Assembly: GCA_964106645.2 (NCBI GenBank)
Contig: OZ067042.1
Reading direction: 5' to 3' (one strand)
DNA from: Podarcis pityusensis
Taxonomy: Eukaryota
Length of the DNA stretch: 64,000 nucleotides
The notes beneath the pieces were generated by a model. The model ran no database searches. It saw only the letters and a program-made list of their open reading frames with translations, and was not told where the DNA came from. Below, one piece after another: positions 51,010 through 63,614 of this stretch. A program made the translations under genes and the position numbers. Within the stretch, counting starts at the first letter, position 1. The number at the start of each line of letters is the position of its first letter.

Positions 51010-53180
51010 AAAGTCTTGATTTTAGATTATACTCTCATAATTGGCAGTGACTGACCAGAAGTGAGACCTTGGTGTTGTAATTGATAACTTGATGAAAATG
51101 TGAACCCATCTGGAGTTGGCAGGAGTGGAAAAGACAAGTTCCATGCTAGTGATCCTAAGGAAAGGAACTGAAAATAAAACTGCTGATATCATGATGCCAT
51201 TATTTAAGTCTGTGGTGAGGCCACATCTGGAATATTGTGCAGGATTGGAAAAGGTTCAGAAAAGGGCAATCAAAATGATCAGCATTCAGTTTAAGTTATT
51301 AACAGATGCAAAAGAGAGAGGTGGCTTCGCCCTGCCAGATTTGAAATTATATTATGAATCATCATGCCTCTGTTGGATAAAGGAATGGATTAAATTAGAG
51401 AATGGAGAGCTGCTAGGTTTAGAAGGATTTGACAACAGATTTGGTTGGCATGCTTACCTATGGTATGAGAAGAAAAAAATTCACAAAGGTTTTGAAAACC
51501 ACATCTTCCGAAGATCACTGATAGAGGTGTGGGAGAGGTATAAAAACTTGTTGGAACCTAGACTCCCCCATTGGATTTCACCATTAGAAGTGATGAGTGT
51601 GAAAAAAATTAATATGAGGGGGAGGTGGATAACATATGGAGAATTGGTAACAAGAGAGGGGGAGAAATGGAAAATGAAAACTTATGAAGAGGTGAAAGAA
51701 TTTGTTTACGACTGGTTACACGACTTTCAGATTAATGAAATGTTTTAAAAAGATTGTAAAATGTGTGGGTATGAAGGTAAAGAATCAAAATTCCAAGTGG
51801 AGGTATTGAATAATGAGTATAAAAACCTGTCTAAAATGTATAAAGTGTTGCTGGAGTGGCATACAAAAGATGAAGAGGTAAAAGTAGTAATGATACACTG
51901 GGCAAGAGACTTTAGTTACAATATACAGTATGATGATTGGATGAAATTATGGAATGAAAGGTTAAAATTTACGGCATGTACTGCGTTGAAAGAAAATGTA
52001 ATGAAAATGTTTTACAGATGGTATATAACGCCAGTTAAACTGGCCAAAATGTATAAAACATGCAATAAGTGTTGGAAATGTAAAGAAAAAGAAGGTACTT
52101 TCTATCATATGTGGTGGGAGTGTAAAAAGGCGAAAGACTTCTGGGAAATGATATACAATGAATTGAAAAAGATGTTGAAATATACGTTCGTTAAAAAACC
52201 AGAAGCCTTTCTATTAGGAATGGTAGGAAACGAAATTAATAAGAGAGACTGTAAACTGTTTCAATATGCAGTGACTGCCGCAAGGATACTTCTGGCCCAA
52301 AGATGGAAACAGGAAGAAATTCCAACAGTAGAAGAATGGAGAAGGAAATTGACCGAATATGCAGAATTGGACAAATTGACTGGGAAGATTCGATACCAGA
52401 AAGACCAAAAGTTTATCGAGGACTGGGGGAAATTTACAGAATATCTGAAAAATATATGTGATGTACAGACAACGCTTGTTGGTTTTGAAGAGACTCTGTG
52501 AAATAGTAAGAAATACTGCAAAAAAGAGAGTAAGAGGAAAAGGAGTGGGAAAAGGCAATATCATGTTTAGAAATGCGTCAATAAATAGAAATTTTTCGAA
52601 AGATTGACAGAGAAACTGAGGGAAGTCAAAAATTGAAGCATGAGTGTAAAACAATTTGTTGATTGTAAAACTTGTTTGGAAAATGAATAAAAATTATTTT
52701 TTAAAAAACCAAAATGATCAGCATTTGGGACTTTTTTTAAATTTAGCACGAAGGTGAGCAGGAGCTGACATGATAGAAATTTATAAAATTATGCATGGCA
52801 TGGGGAAAGCAGGGAGAGAAATGATTTCCTCCCTTTCTCATAACACTAGAGCTTGTAAACATGAAGCTGAATATTGGTACAGACAAAGTACTTTTTTGGA
52901 AACTCACTCCCAAAGGTGGCAATAATGGCCATCAACTTGGATAGCTTTAAAAAAGAATTAGACAAATTCATGAAGTCCATCAGTGTCTACTAGCCATGAT
53001 GGAGGTTACTGTATTTTCTTCTGAATACCAGTTTCTAAAAACCACAGAAGGGGAGGGTGCTATTATTCTCAGGACCTGCTTGCAGGTTTTTCATGGGAAT
53101 CTGGTTGGCTACTGTGAGAATAGAAAACTGGGCTAAATGTGGCATTGGCCTGAGCCAGCGGACTCTTATGTACTTATTTC
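51010..53180 (+). mobile_element. Old CR1 3' portion (51010-51286 and 52710-53180) split by an L1
   Basis: [26 protein letters not shown] peptide; resumes after 52725 with GCTGACATGATAGAAATTTATAAAAT and the 3' UTR ending CTCTTATGT. Confidence 0.8.
51287..52709 (+). mobile_element. L1-clade LINE, 5'-truncated ORF2 C-terminal third plus 3' UTR
   Basis: GGFALPDLKLYY, CCHC knuckle CWKCKEKEGTFYHMWWEC; ORFs 51116 and 51761 are in the same frame with one TAA at 51746-51748; AATAAA; 16-bp TSD CAAAATGATCAGCATT at 51271-51286 and 52710-52725. Confidence 0.95.
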
Positions 53181-54654
53181 TTAGCAGACATGGATAGATT
53201 TGCATAGTTAATCTGACTCCACAGAGCCACTGAAATTCCTAGATGCCCATGGCAATAGACACCATTTGTATGAGTTTCAAAGGATAGTAGGAAATTGGTT
53301 TTCACTGTTAAAAAAAGAGAACATTTTTAAATCCTGATACAGAGAGTACTATTTTGACGGAAATCAGCACAGTGGGAATAAGAAGAAACTACAGGGGATC
53401 TATACAGAGATTTTAGACTAGACAGTAGAACTGATGCAAAGAATATCTGAGGGAAAAACTTTGGTTAACTGTTGTTTTTCAAAGCAAGCAGGTAGTAGAT
53501 TTAAGAAACTAATCCCATTACAATGGCTATTTTTTTTAAAAAAAAGCCAGATAATTCTGCTTTTGAAAGCTCCAAGCCAATATTAGCTTTACACATCTCC
53601 AAGAATGCTCTTTTAAGTACCTTTTTCCTCATCCCATTTAATATTTGAATGAACTCTTAAAATTAATTTCAAGGGACTTTAAGCAGTACTCTTTGTTAAA
53701 TAAATAATTTAGTTTCATATTTAGTGCCATTTTGATTGTCTAATCTTCATACCCATTATGAGAATTGCAGAATGTGCTTCCGATTCATGAAGAGGCTCAC
53801 ATCTTTGAAGTGCTAGGCTGATTTTGCCTGACCTTCATGCCATATATTCATAGACTTTTATTAAACTTGTCACCTGATTATTTGCTATTTTGTTAGCCAT
53901 TGGAAATTTCTTTTATTTAGTACCCTATTAAACCAGAACTGGAACCCAGGGACGTGCACATACCCAGACTGTCATAATGTATTAATGTAATTTTGCTCCA
54001 TCAAGTGAGATGTGCATTCCTCTGTTTTAGTTAGCACTAAGAGGATATCATTTGTCATGGAAAACCACCTTATGTTCCTCTCATTCTGTCACAGTTTCGG
54101 CAATTCCCCAATGTTTTCTGACTGCAAGTGTTTCCAAAGCAATTGCAGACAGTGGAGGGGAGGGGAAAATCCCTTTCATGTTCATATGACTGGGATAATA
54201 AATCATCACCTGCAATGTACTAGTGAGTGACCATGTCAGGTTTTGTGTGATAATTTTTTTTTAATAGAGTTACCCAGTCTTGACTCAGCCTTTCACTGAA
54301 GTAGGATACTCTGCAGTCATGCAGAAGAATAAACACTGGGGCAAAAGCAGCTCCACGTTCTAAAACTGTGTGAATCTGCTTGCCTGGTGGAATAATCTCA
54401 GCTCCCCTTGATCATAGTTCTGGGGGTTCTTCTGGTCCCCTGAGCTGATTTGCAATTGCATGGGGGCACTGAGAGGAGGGGAAGCCCTATTATGCAAGTG
54501 GGACTTGTGTTGACTTCTGCTGGCACAACTGTTTCGTTGAATCTGACCCATAGAAGTAGTCCAGGGAATGCCTTTTCCAGGGAATGGTAAATCCCACCTC
54601 ATGTGTCCTAATTGCATCCAGAGCCAGCATGTCACATCAATAATAGTTATTAAA

Positions 54655-54876
54655 AATAATTTTATTATTTATACCCCACCCATCTGGCTGGCTTGCCCCA
54701 GCCACTCTGGGTGGCTTCCGGTGGAATATAAAAGCATAATAAAACTTCACACATTAAGAACTTCCTGATACAGGGCTGCCTTCAGGTGTCTTCTAAAAGT
54801 TGTGTAGTTCGTTAGCTCCTTGACATCTGAGGGCGTTCCACAGGGAGGGCACTGCCACTGAGAAGGCCCTCTGCCT
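54655..54876 (-). mobile_element. L2-like 3' end
   Basis: TTTATTATTTATACCCCACCCATC terminus; GAGGGCGTTCCA..GAGAAGGCCCT reads RAFSV..WNAL on the minus strand. Confidence 0.7.
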
Positions 54877-57800
54877 TCTTATTTAGAAGCTTGAAATATC
54901 CGTAGACCATTCAATGTCTATGGATGGTATTCAACACTAGCCCTAATCATAGTAGACCTATTGAAGTTAATAGACATTACTAACTTAGTTCACTGGGTCT
55001 ATTCTGAATAGGACTTAACTGAATTGGAATGCTTGGAATGGATCCTGGAAGTAATTATAGAACCTACCCAAGTTTTGACAGAGCAGTTGGTAAATTCTGC
55101 TTTCTACTAGAACTTTGTAGAAAGTTGAAGCAATGAGAAAAGAAGTCTAGATGGGTTCTGCTTATCCCTAGAAATTTAGAGTTTGGCACTCCAGTTTGAA
55201 TAAATGCATTTCCTACTTGAGGGACATCTTAAATGTATAAGTCCTAAAGTGGCAACTTACCAGTGTTGGGCTGTAGGCAGCTGTGATATGAAAGCCAGGA
55301 GGTTGAACGAGTCAACAGCCAGAAACCAGGAATCAGAAGACAGGCACCACTGGAATGACTGAAACCCTCACTGCTGTTGCCACTCAAACAGGGTCCCAGC
55401 TTAACCTTGAATGAAGCCTTCTAGGTCAGGGGCAACCAATGGCCTTGGTGGCTTACCACGTGGTCATCAGTGTACATCTGTGGGTTGCTGGGGTTGCCCC
55501 AGCAGCTTTTGACACTGTCACAGCATGACTGTTCTTTATATGGGAGTTTCTATCTCCGCCTTCACATGAAGTCAACAGTGTGGGAAATGCTTCATGGTGC
55601 AATCCCATGCTGGTGCCATGGGTGTTTCCTAATCCCATTCAATCAATACATTTGCTCTTTGTGGAGTGCCACTTATGCTTTTGGTATGGGGGCCATCTCA
55701 TGTGATGATGAATGAATTCAGCAATCCTGTGGGTAGGACCAGCTGCTTGGGATTATTCTACACAACTGGCAACAAGAAAGGAGGAAGGGAGGAAAGCCTT
55801 GAGAAGTGGAGAGAACCATGCAATCAGTCTTTTCAATATTGTTGCAATATTAACACACAAACAAACACACATGCCAGCAAAAAAAGTTACATCGCAGCGA
55901 AACTTTTCTTTCCTATGGCACCAAATGTATGTATGCAAAGAGAACAGGTTTTAGATGTTTTTAGATATTTTTAATTTGTTTTCTCATTTGTACGTTACTC
56001 GACTCCTTTTGGGAGAGAGGGCAGGTTATAAATTTTAATTTTAACAACAACAACAACAGGCTTTACTTTTTTGCCCCCATCTTGCACACCAGGAGCATTT
56101 CAAACATAGAAAAACGAAGCGTAGGGGTCGGGCTTCCTATTCTTCCAACATCTCCATCACCTCCCAAGGAATGTGCTTCCTTTTCATCATGCAGAATTAG
56201 GACAAATCTATTCAAGTGCTCCACAGAGTTCTTTATTTCCCAGTTGTTACTAGCTTCAATATATCAGTCATTTTTGTCAATATGCAGGTATCATGGTTTG
56301 TGCTTAGATTTCTCAATTTTACAGATCATGGTGAGGTTTGCTAGCAAAACAGAGCATTGGGTTGAAGAAGTGCCAGTATTCTAACTATCTGAGCTTATCA
56401 CTAAGATGCCATGGAGATGCTCAAAAGTCATTAAGCATATATTATATTCCAAGATTTGAAGACTAATTGGGTTTCACACTCCAGCAAGGTTAGTGCCTCA
56501 CACAAAATAAATCAGAGAAGCCTATCCCATCAGTCTGCCAAGAGGATGCTGTATATTTGATAACCTCTAAATAAGCATTACCTGGTCTGTTTTTCACATT
56601 GCCTCAATTGTATGTTATTGTCTAAAGGATTCAGTGCAAAGAACAGCCGCAGGTCTATAAAGCTTTATTAAAACATAATTTATTGTTGTGTCATTGGTAA
56701 ATTGCACTCATCTTTTACCTAAACCGGCCAATACTGTACTAGAAATGAGCTTTTGCAGTTGTAACAATGGGAATCTTATCTGTGGGTAGAAAGCAATCAT
56801 TTTTCTCAAATACAGTGTAGAAGATGGGATACACAGGGCATAGTCCTGATGGGGTTTGTTAGCAGTAGTAGAGATTAAATTTATTGCATTCTTAACTGAC
56901 CAAATGTGCAAAAACCAGTTATACCCCTAATAAACCTACCAATACTGTTCTTAGACCATAGTGGCAGGTTAATTAGGAAAAAATGAAGCAGACCAAAGGT
57001 GGCTATGTAGAACTATGAGCATATGGGCAATGAATGGATCCAGTGCATACAACAAAGATTCCAAATGAGTCAATGGACTCTTGGGTTGACCAAGATTCTG
57101 TTATTCATTCTGCTGTTAGGTGTCTGTTTGGTTCTCCTTTCTCATCTTTACATTATTGAATGAAAATTCTATTATCAATTAGAAACATCATCACCATGAA
57201 GTTCATCTGCCCAACCCATTGTATATCCAATGTATTTTAAACCATGCTGTGGCATAGAAAAAAATAAGTGCACAGTTCTAAACAATAGCAAAATCCTGCA
57301 GCTCTGACGTTTTGTCTCTTTCTAAAAAGAGTTCAGCAAAGAGGAAAAACTTATACAGAGCTGAATTGCACAAAATTCCTCAGTGTAGTGTCCAACAGGA
57401 CAAATGCTCTCAAATATGGCCAGTTGAATGGGTTACTCCAAGGACTTTATGAAATTAATAAAAAACTATATGCTGAAACGTACCTTGTCATCCATGCAAT
57501 TTATTGTGTCTGGTATATCACCTTCCCTGGCATTTTTGCTGACAACACCGTGGAACAGATACTTGTGACTGATAGACTATGTGATTAGGATTATGGGAAG
57601 CTCTACAGAATCTGTCAGGGATATCAATGGAGTTAAGGGCTCCTGTCACAAGTGTTTATGTTGATTAAACAAATACAGTTCAATTTCATTAATTGTGCAC
57701 AAATCCAGCCCCCTTTATGGAATGAATGGTAAACAGAAGAGATTGGATTGAATCTGGAGATGATCCCAAGTATCTATCAACACCAATTACTGGTACTGTA

Positions 57801-60615
57801 ATGTTCACTGTGTAATCATTCCAAGGTAATGAAGTTTTTGATGTTCATGGTGTTGTTGGCATACTCAATGTGCAGAAGAATCAGAGAAAACTTCTGAACA
57901 TTTTCTTACCCTTTCTTTCCACCTTGCACAACTCCACAGAGTTAGAATGCTATATAAGAACAACCATGTTCACATTAGAATAAGTAACTAAGATGAAACT
58001 AGGTTGTTTGTCCATCAACCCACTCAGGCCATGGGCTGATTAAATGAACTCACACAATCAAGACAGGTGTATTCAAATGTGGGGATTATAGCATTAGTTT
58101 TCCTAGTGCCTCTGTCCCAGTTTCAAATGTTCCCTTTACATTACCTGTTGCATTATGGAGTTGTGAACCATCATGTTGCTAAATTTCATTCACACCAATG
58201 GACATGGTGTAACACAACAGTGGGTGTTATTTAGATATATTTCCACTCTTTATGTGCATGCATGCTTCTGTTTCCCTATGATTCACCCAGATTTCATAAC
58301 ATCGTGTTATTCTAAATGAAGATAATAATAAGCCTTGAGTGAAGCATTGTACACCAATTAACCAACTGATTTGTTTCAGTTACAATCTTGAGTCTGTGGT
58401 CTTTATTAATAGTTGTGGTTTCCACTCTGTCTCACAGGGTTGCTAATGAGAAAATCTGAACCTTGATTGAAGAACCCAATTAACATTGGTGCATTTGTCA
58501 GGAATTGCCAGGTAAACACTAACATTTATTGGATCCCCAAATTAGAGAAACTAGTCAGCATACTGTCTGTGGCTGTAGCTGTGGGAATAGAACCCTACCC
58601 AAGTTATATATGGGAATAAACAATTCCTAAAGCAATGGATGTAAAAATAAATCAATCACTATTTGTAACTACTTAACGTTTGCAAGCATAATAATTTTAT
58701 TTACCAGTTCAATAATATTATTTTAATGTGTTGAAAGAGGAAAAGATGGTTTGTGCAGAACAGAAACCACAGTAATTAATGGATGCTGTTCCCTTCACCA
58801 GTCCTCTGCCTTTTGAATACAATAAAACATGTGCTATGTATTTTTTCATGCAAATAGGATGACTGCTTCAAATGTATCAATTTCATTGAGCAGGTATTCC
58901 ATAATTCAAGCAACCAGAGAGCACTGAGATTTGTAGGAAAGCCTTCAAGAAGAGAGAGTGAATATTGATGGCCCAAGAATAGTGCTTATTGAGCCTTTAA
59001 AGTTTTTGAGAAATGTGTTCTGCCTTTATGACTGCAGTGCTGCAAATGAATTTGGAAGGTAGTCTTAATGTTCTTAAACCATAGGAAAGTCTTCCTTAAA
59101 TTATAGATGCAGTGATTCTAAGGGGAATCCCATGCCTTGTAGGAGATAGAGCACTCTTTCTGTCATGTTCTGGTTCAAGTCTTGCATGAAACAAGCCTGT
59201 TGGTCTAAATTCATTCTAATAACAATAGTTCAATGTGACAAGAAAGCAGATTCTCTCATTATGTAGTCCGGCATTGCTGTCTTTTAGCTTTAACTGATGC
59301 CACATAAATGTCCACTCTGGGTAATGTTTCCATTGCTGCCGTTTCACCTCTCCTAGAGGTCACATCTTCCTTGCTGTACCATTCATGGACTTTTCTTGTA
59401 TTTGTCCTTAGTCCTTATAGGCAAATGTCCACTGTTCTCTTCATATTCACAAATAGCTGTGCAACATGCCATGCCCCTGCATGTTCATGCATTGACCATA
59501 TGCAGTACAGGAATCCACATGTGGATTCTGCAAAGACATGTGGATGTTGGAGCTACAACATAAAGTGCAACATAAATACTTCCTCTGACGTATAAAATAG
59601 ACAAGTCACCCAATACATCTTTCAGGATGTATTTCATGGCTTAGTTCATATAAAGAAGGGTGCTGAATCTAATGTGACAAAACATTTCTGAGTACTTCTT
59701 TAATGGTACACACAGGTGTAGCTTCCTTGTAAAACCAATTCAAAATTGGTTCCAGGGCTTAACTTTGATAGGCTCAACTTCTGGAGGTGATGGTGTATAT
59801 AAGCTTTTGACTTACACAAAATGAAACAGGAAAAATAAGAAACCAGCTATTTTCCAGTATGCAAATATTTGGGAACACCAGTCATAAAGATATGTGCCAT
59901 TGCAATAGCTTTCCCACTATGTGCCAAATCCAATATAAATAAGGGAAGCTGCAACAGTATCTGAGTATGTATGCAATATTTTTCATTGATGTAGATTGCT
60001 TTGTAGTTGCTCAAAAATGCATGTAAGACATCTATCAAAGAAAACCAGTTTTCCCTGTTGCAGCCTTTTATGTGTCATATCTTGGTTTTGCAGCATGGAC
60101 CAACAACTCATTTGCTGTTGATGGCTGCTATAAGTGTTGCTATGCTGCAATGACACCCCAGACCAGTACAGGTCAGAATGTTCTACTGGTGTGACATCTG
60201 TGGTGCAACACACTTCACCCCACTCTTCTGTATGATTGTGCTTTTGGAAGAGAGTGCTAATTGCTTCAATTAGATAGTGGCTTCATTCACAATGCACAAT
60301 TTTAGCACATATTTAGCCTAGCAATTAAGGAAGGCACTGGTGACAAAAGGAAGCGAAGTGTAACATAATTTAGAGTTTAAGAAATGTTCTTACACAGTAC
60401 TCAGAAATGCCATGCTATGTATTGGAAGAAGCAAAGAAGAAAAATTAAAGATGTGCTACCAAGAAGAAGAAAAATGGAATGTCCAAGAAATTTGAAAGAG
60501 CTGTTTTTGTTCTTTTACCTACACCACTTTCAATTTGTCAGCGATATTACATCTCTGACTCTCATTAGAAATTTCGTTGCAGAAATGTAAGTATCTGCTA
60601 TGCATTATGATACCT

Positions 60616-61546
60616 TGTCGTTGGCAGAATCCTTTGCGTGACCAGGCAGAGCCCCACCCCCTGGCCCCCAGGGACCACCAGAATGAATAATGACCCATGA
60701 CACATGTTATGGAATTAAAATTTTGGCCACAACTTTATTAAAATTTCAAATGTAGGAAGAGCTTGGCTTAGGCACTGGGCGTGTATCCCTCCCAGCCCCC
60801 CAGCTGGGGGAACTGGGGCTCCTCAGGGTGAATGGGATATGGGAGGTGCACTGCAAGATGCATCTGTACGCAGGCATCCCACCCTATATCCCCACACACA
60901 GGGTAGTTCACTGACAACCTTTCAGTGTATGGCCAGAGACACCCATTTACAACCCCTTTAAGAGGGGACCCTGGATTCACTGCTGCAGGTGGGGGGGGTG
61001 AGTTACCACTTCATGCCCCCCCCCCATTTTAGGAAAGAAAAGACTAAAGGATTCCGCCCAAGGCCTTAAACTGCCCAAGTTGTGATGAATTGAACCTGCC
61101 AATGCAGGAAAATTTCTTTCCACCTCTTCAACAACAACAAGTCAAAAGACCGTAGAAGTGACCGCTAAACATGAATAAAAAGGTTAACCTGCAGAAAGAA
61201 CATTAAACTAAGGGAGGGTTGGGTGGGCGAAGCTCCTGAGTCGACTGCCTGACCGCTGCCGGCTCTGCCTCCTATTTATGCGACTGGCCCCACCTCCAGC
61301 AGTGCTTAATGACTGAGGTTTGGCAGGACCCTCCAAAGAATAGCACTGAGAAGCAGGCCAGCCCAATCATCCAGTAGGTCCCCAGGCGCCATGCATGATC
61401 CCGCAAAGGGCGCCCACAGTGTAAGGTGTGAGCGCTCATTATGGCCTGTCCCACCCCAACAACAGTGGGGAGTGGGGTATTGTCAATGTTTGGCATTCCA
61501 CCTCATTGTCTCCTCGATTCAGAAGGGGATGGTGGAGTTGGTGACA
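60616..61546 (-). mobile_element. Probable solo LTR (~930 bp)
   Basis: TGTC...GACA ends bounding a GC-rich block; minus-strand CATAAATAGG (61271-61280) and AATAAA (~60734-60739); TSD not clean. Confidence 0.55.
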
Positions 61547-62209
61547 AGTTTCCTGCCTTTTCCAGGGAGAAGTCATGAAAGCAAAGGCTGGAGATGGAAC
61601 CAGAGACCAAGAAAAGAAAACTTCTGAGGTGGGGCAAAGGGTGACTCTCTGAGAACAGCAGAGCAACAAAGACAAGACAGGAATATTATGGGATATATAT
61701 AAGAATGAAGGTAGACTTGTTAGATCACTACAATCTTTGAAGAATGTCTTGTTGGCCACATTGTGTCATGTGTAGTTTCACTTTGTGGTAACACGGAGGA
61801 AGGCATTCTCCACAGTGGTGCTTAACTGTCCCCTGTAATACAGCAGGTAGTAATGCTGATTTATTTCCATCACCTATCAAAAATGTATGTTTTCACTCAG
61901 GAGTTTCTCTGTGTTGAGTCAATAGCCTTCTGTACTGATTGTTTTGCTTTATCGAAGTGTTTTAGTCCACTGTTGTGAACTGCTTTGGGATTTTTGTAAA
62001 ATGAAAAACGAGGAGCAAACTTGAGGCTGAAGAGTAAAGGATGCCTGTGAAATTCTGTCTGTCTTTTTGTTAGATTTTGATAAAAGTGCTGATGTTTGTT
62101 ATGCTGCTCAGTGAATGGATTCTGCTAGAGTCCTAAATGAAAATGTTGAAGTCATAGAGGGAGGGGAAAAGAAAGGGAAGGAAGGAAGGAAGGGGCAAAG
62201 CTAAATTTG

Positions 62210-62353
62210 GGGAGAATTCAGGAGAGGGGAGAGTGTTGTTACGTTGATGTCTTACTTGCGGGCTTCCTATAGACATCTGGTTGACTGACCAATGTGGGAA
62301 CAAGATGCTAGACTAGATGGACCATGGGCCTGATCCGGCAGGGCTCTTATGTT
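62210..62353 (+). mobile_element. CR1 3' UTR fragment
   Basis: GACTAGATGGACCATGGGCCTGATCCGGCAGGGCTCTTATGTT. Confidence 0.7.
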
Positions 62354-62749
62354 GATACTAATAATGTGCTCTCCCCCTGAACATTTATTTTCAAAAAGTA
62401 TTTTAAAATATAATTAAATGTTTATCACATGTCAAAAAGTCTTTCTCACAGTACATCTCATGAGATATAAAATATGTAATATTTTTTCCAGTCACAAAAA
62501 TCTCTGTGTGAGAGAGGTTGGGAAGTTAGTCATGCCTCCTTATTTGGTATCACATTGGTATCATATTGTGGGTTTCCAGAGAAATCCACTGTTCATCACT
62601 GGATGTGATGAAAAGAAGTCATGTTTAAAATATGAAAACAGGAAAGGAATTGTGGGCATATGTATGTGGGCATGCATGAGAAACGAGGGCAGGCGGGAGG
62701 GGAAAAGAGGTAGATAGATGTGCTTAGGTTTATATAACGTTAAAAGGAA

Positions 62750-63480
62750 TAGCAACAATTGCAATGAGCAGAATGTTTGCCATGCGGTGACAAACTTTAC
62801 GATGCTCAGCCTTCATGCTTTTCTTTTGACAAACTACCCTCATTTTATTGTACTCCTGTTGCAATTCACCAGACTCCCGCACATGTTGTTACCATTGCTT
62901 TAGTTAATTGCACTTTTAGCCATTTCACAGTTCAGCCCTGTGTGCCTCCTGAATCTTGCATTTGGCAGGTCATTAAGCTGGAGTAAATGCTGGAGACTTG
63001 TTGTTGAGAGTTAATCACGCTGACCTCCTCTTTTCCAGTGGGAAAGACCACAGTGCGAAAAAAATAAAAAAATAAAAATCCTTCTTGACATGTTTTTCAG
63101 GTTGTCAGCTGTACTTTGTTCCTCTGAAACGGGTAAGTGGAAGTGCGTACCATAATTTTCAGTCTCTGTCACCTTTATGGTACTGATATTCCATTACTGC
63201 AACTAAGACAGTGACATCAAAATCTGTCAAGGGGAAAAGGAAAGTGGTTGGATGCGTGAAGAACTTACAGTAGCTATTGCATCAGCAAAAGGTCACTATT
63301 AAGATTTCATGATGAGGTATTAATAAATTTTCAGCCAATTAAATATTTCATATCAGCGATGGAGTTTGATTAGCGAGTTCATGAATAATGATAATGTGAA
63401 ACATTTGATAGGTTGCAGATTATCTAGTGATAGGCACCCTGCTGTTCTACAAATACCAGCAAATCTATTTCTTTGCATGT
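62750..63480. promoter_or_regulatory. Candidate conserved non-coding element cluster
   Basis: TE-free; TTTACGAT, TGACA, TTAATTG, CCAATTAA and GATA motifs with retained CpGs. Confidence 0.35.
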
Positions 63481-63535
63481 GCTAAAGAATGGATGTGAAA
63501 ATGCACTTGTTCTTTTAATCAGAAATGTTTTCAAA

Positions 63536-63614
63536 TAATTATTGACTTAAAATTTCATGATGGGAACTCAGTCTTCAGACAAGCTCCCATCATGAAATTT
63601 AAAGTCAATAACTA
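63536..63614 (-). other. 79-bp near-perfect inverted repeat / hairpin
   Basis: 33-nt arms with 3 mismatches around a 13-nt spacer. Confidence 0.9.

Noticed and set aside
55282-55521. Possible short LTR
   Set aside because: TG..CA candidates lack a convincing TSD
59511-59528. Perfect 18-bp palindrome GAATCCACATGTGGATTC
   Set aside because: About 64000/4^9 = 0.24 expected by chance, with no supporting context
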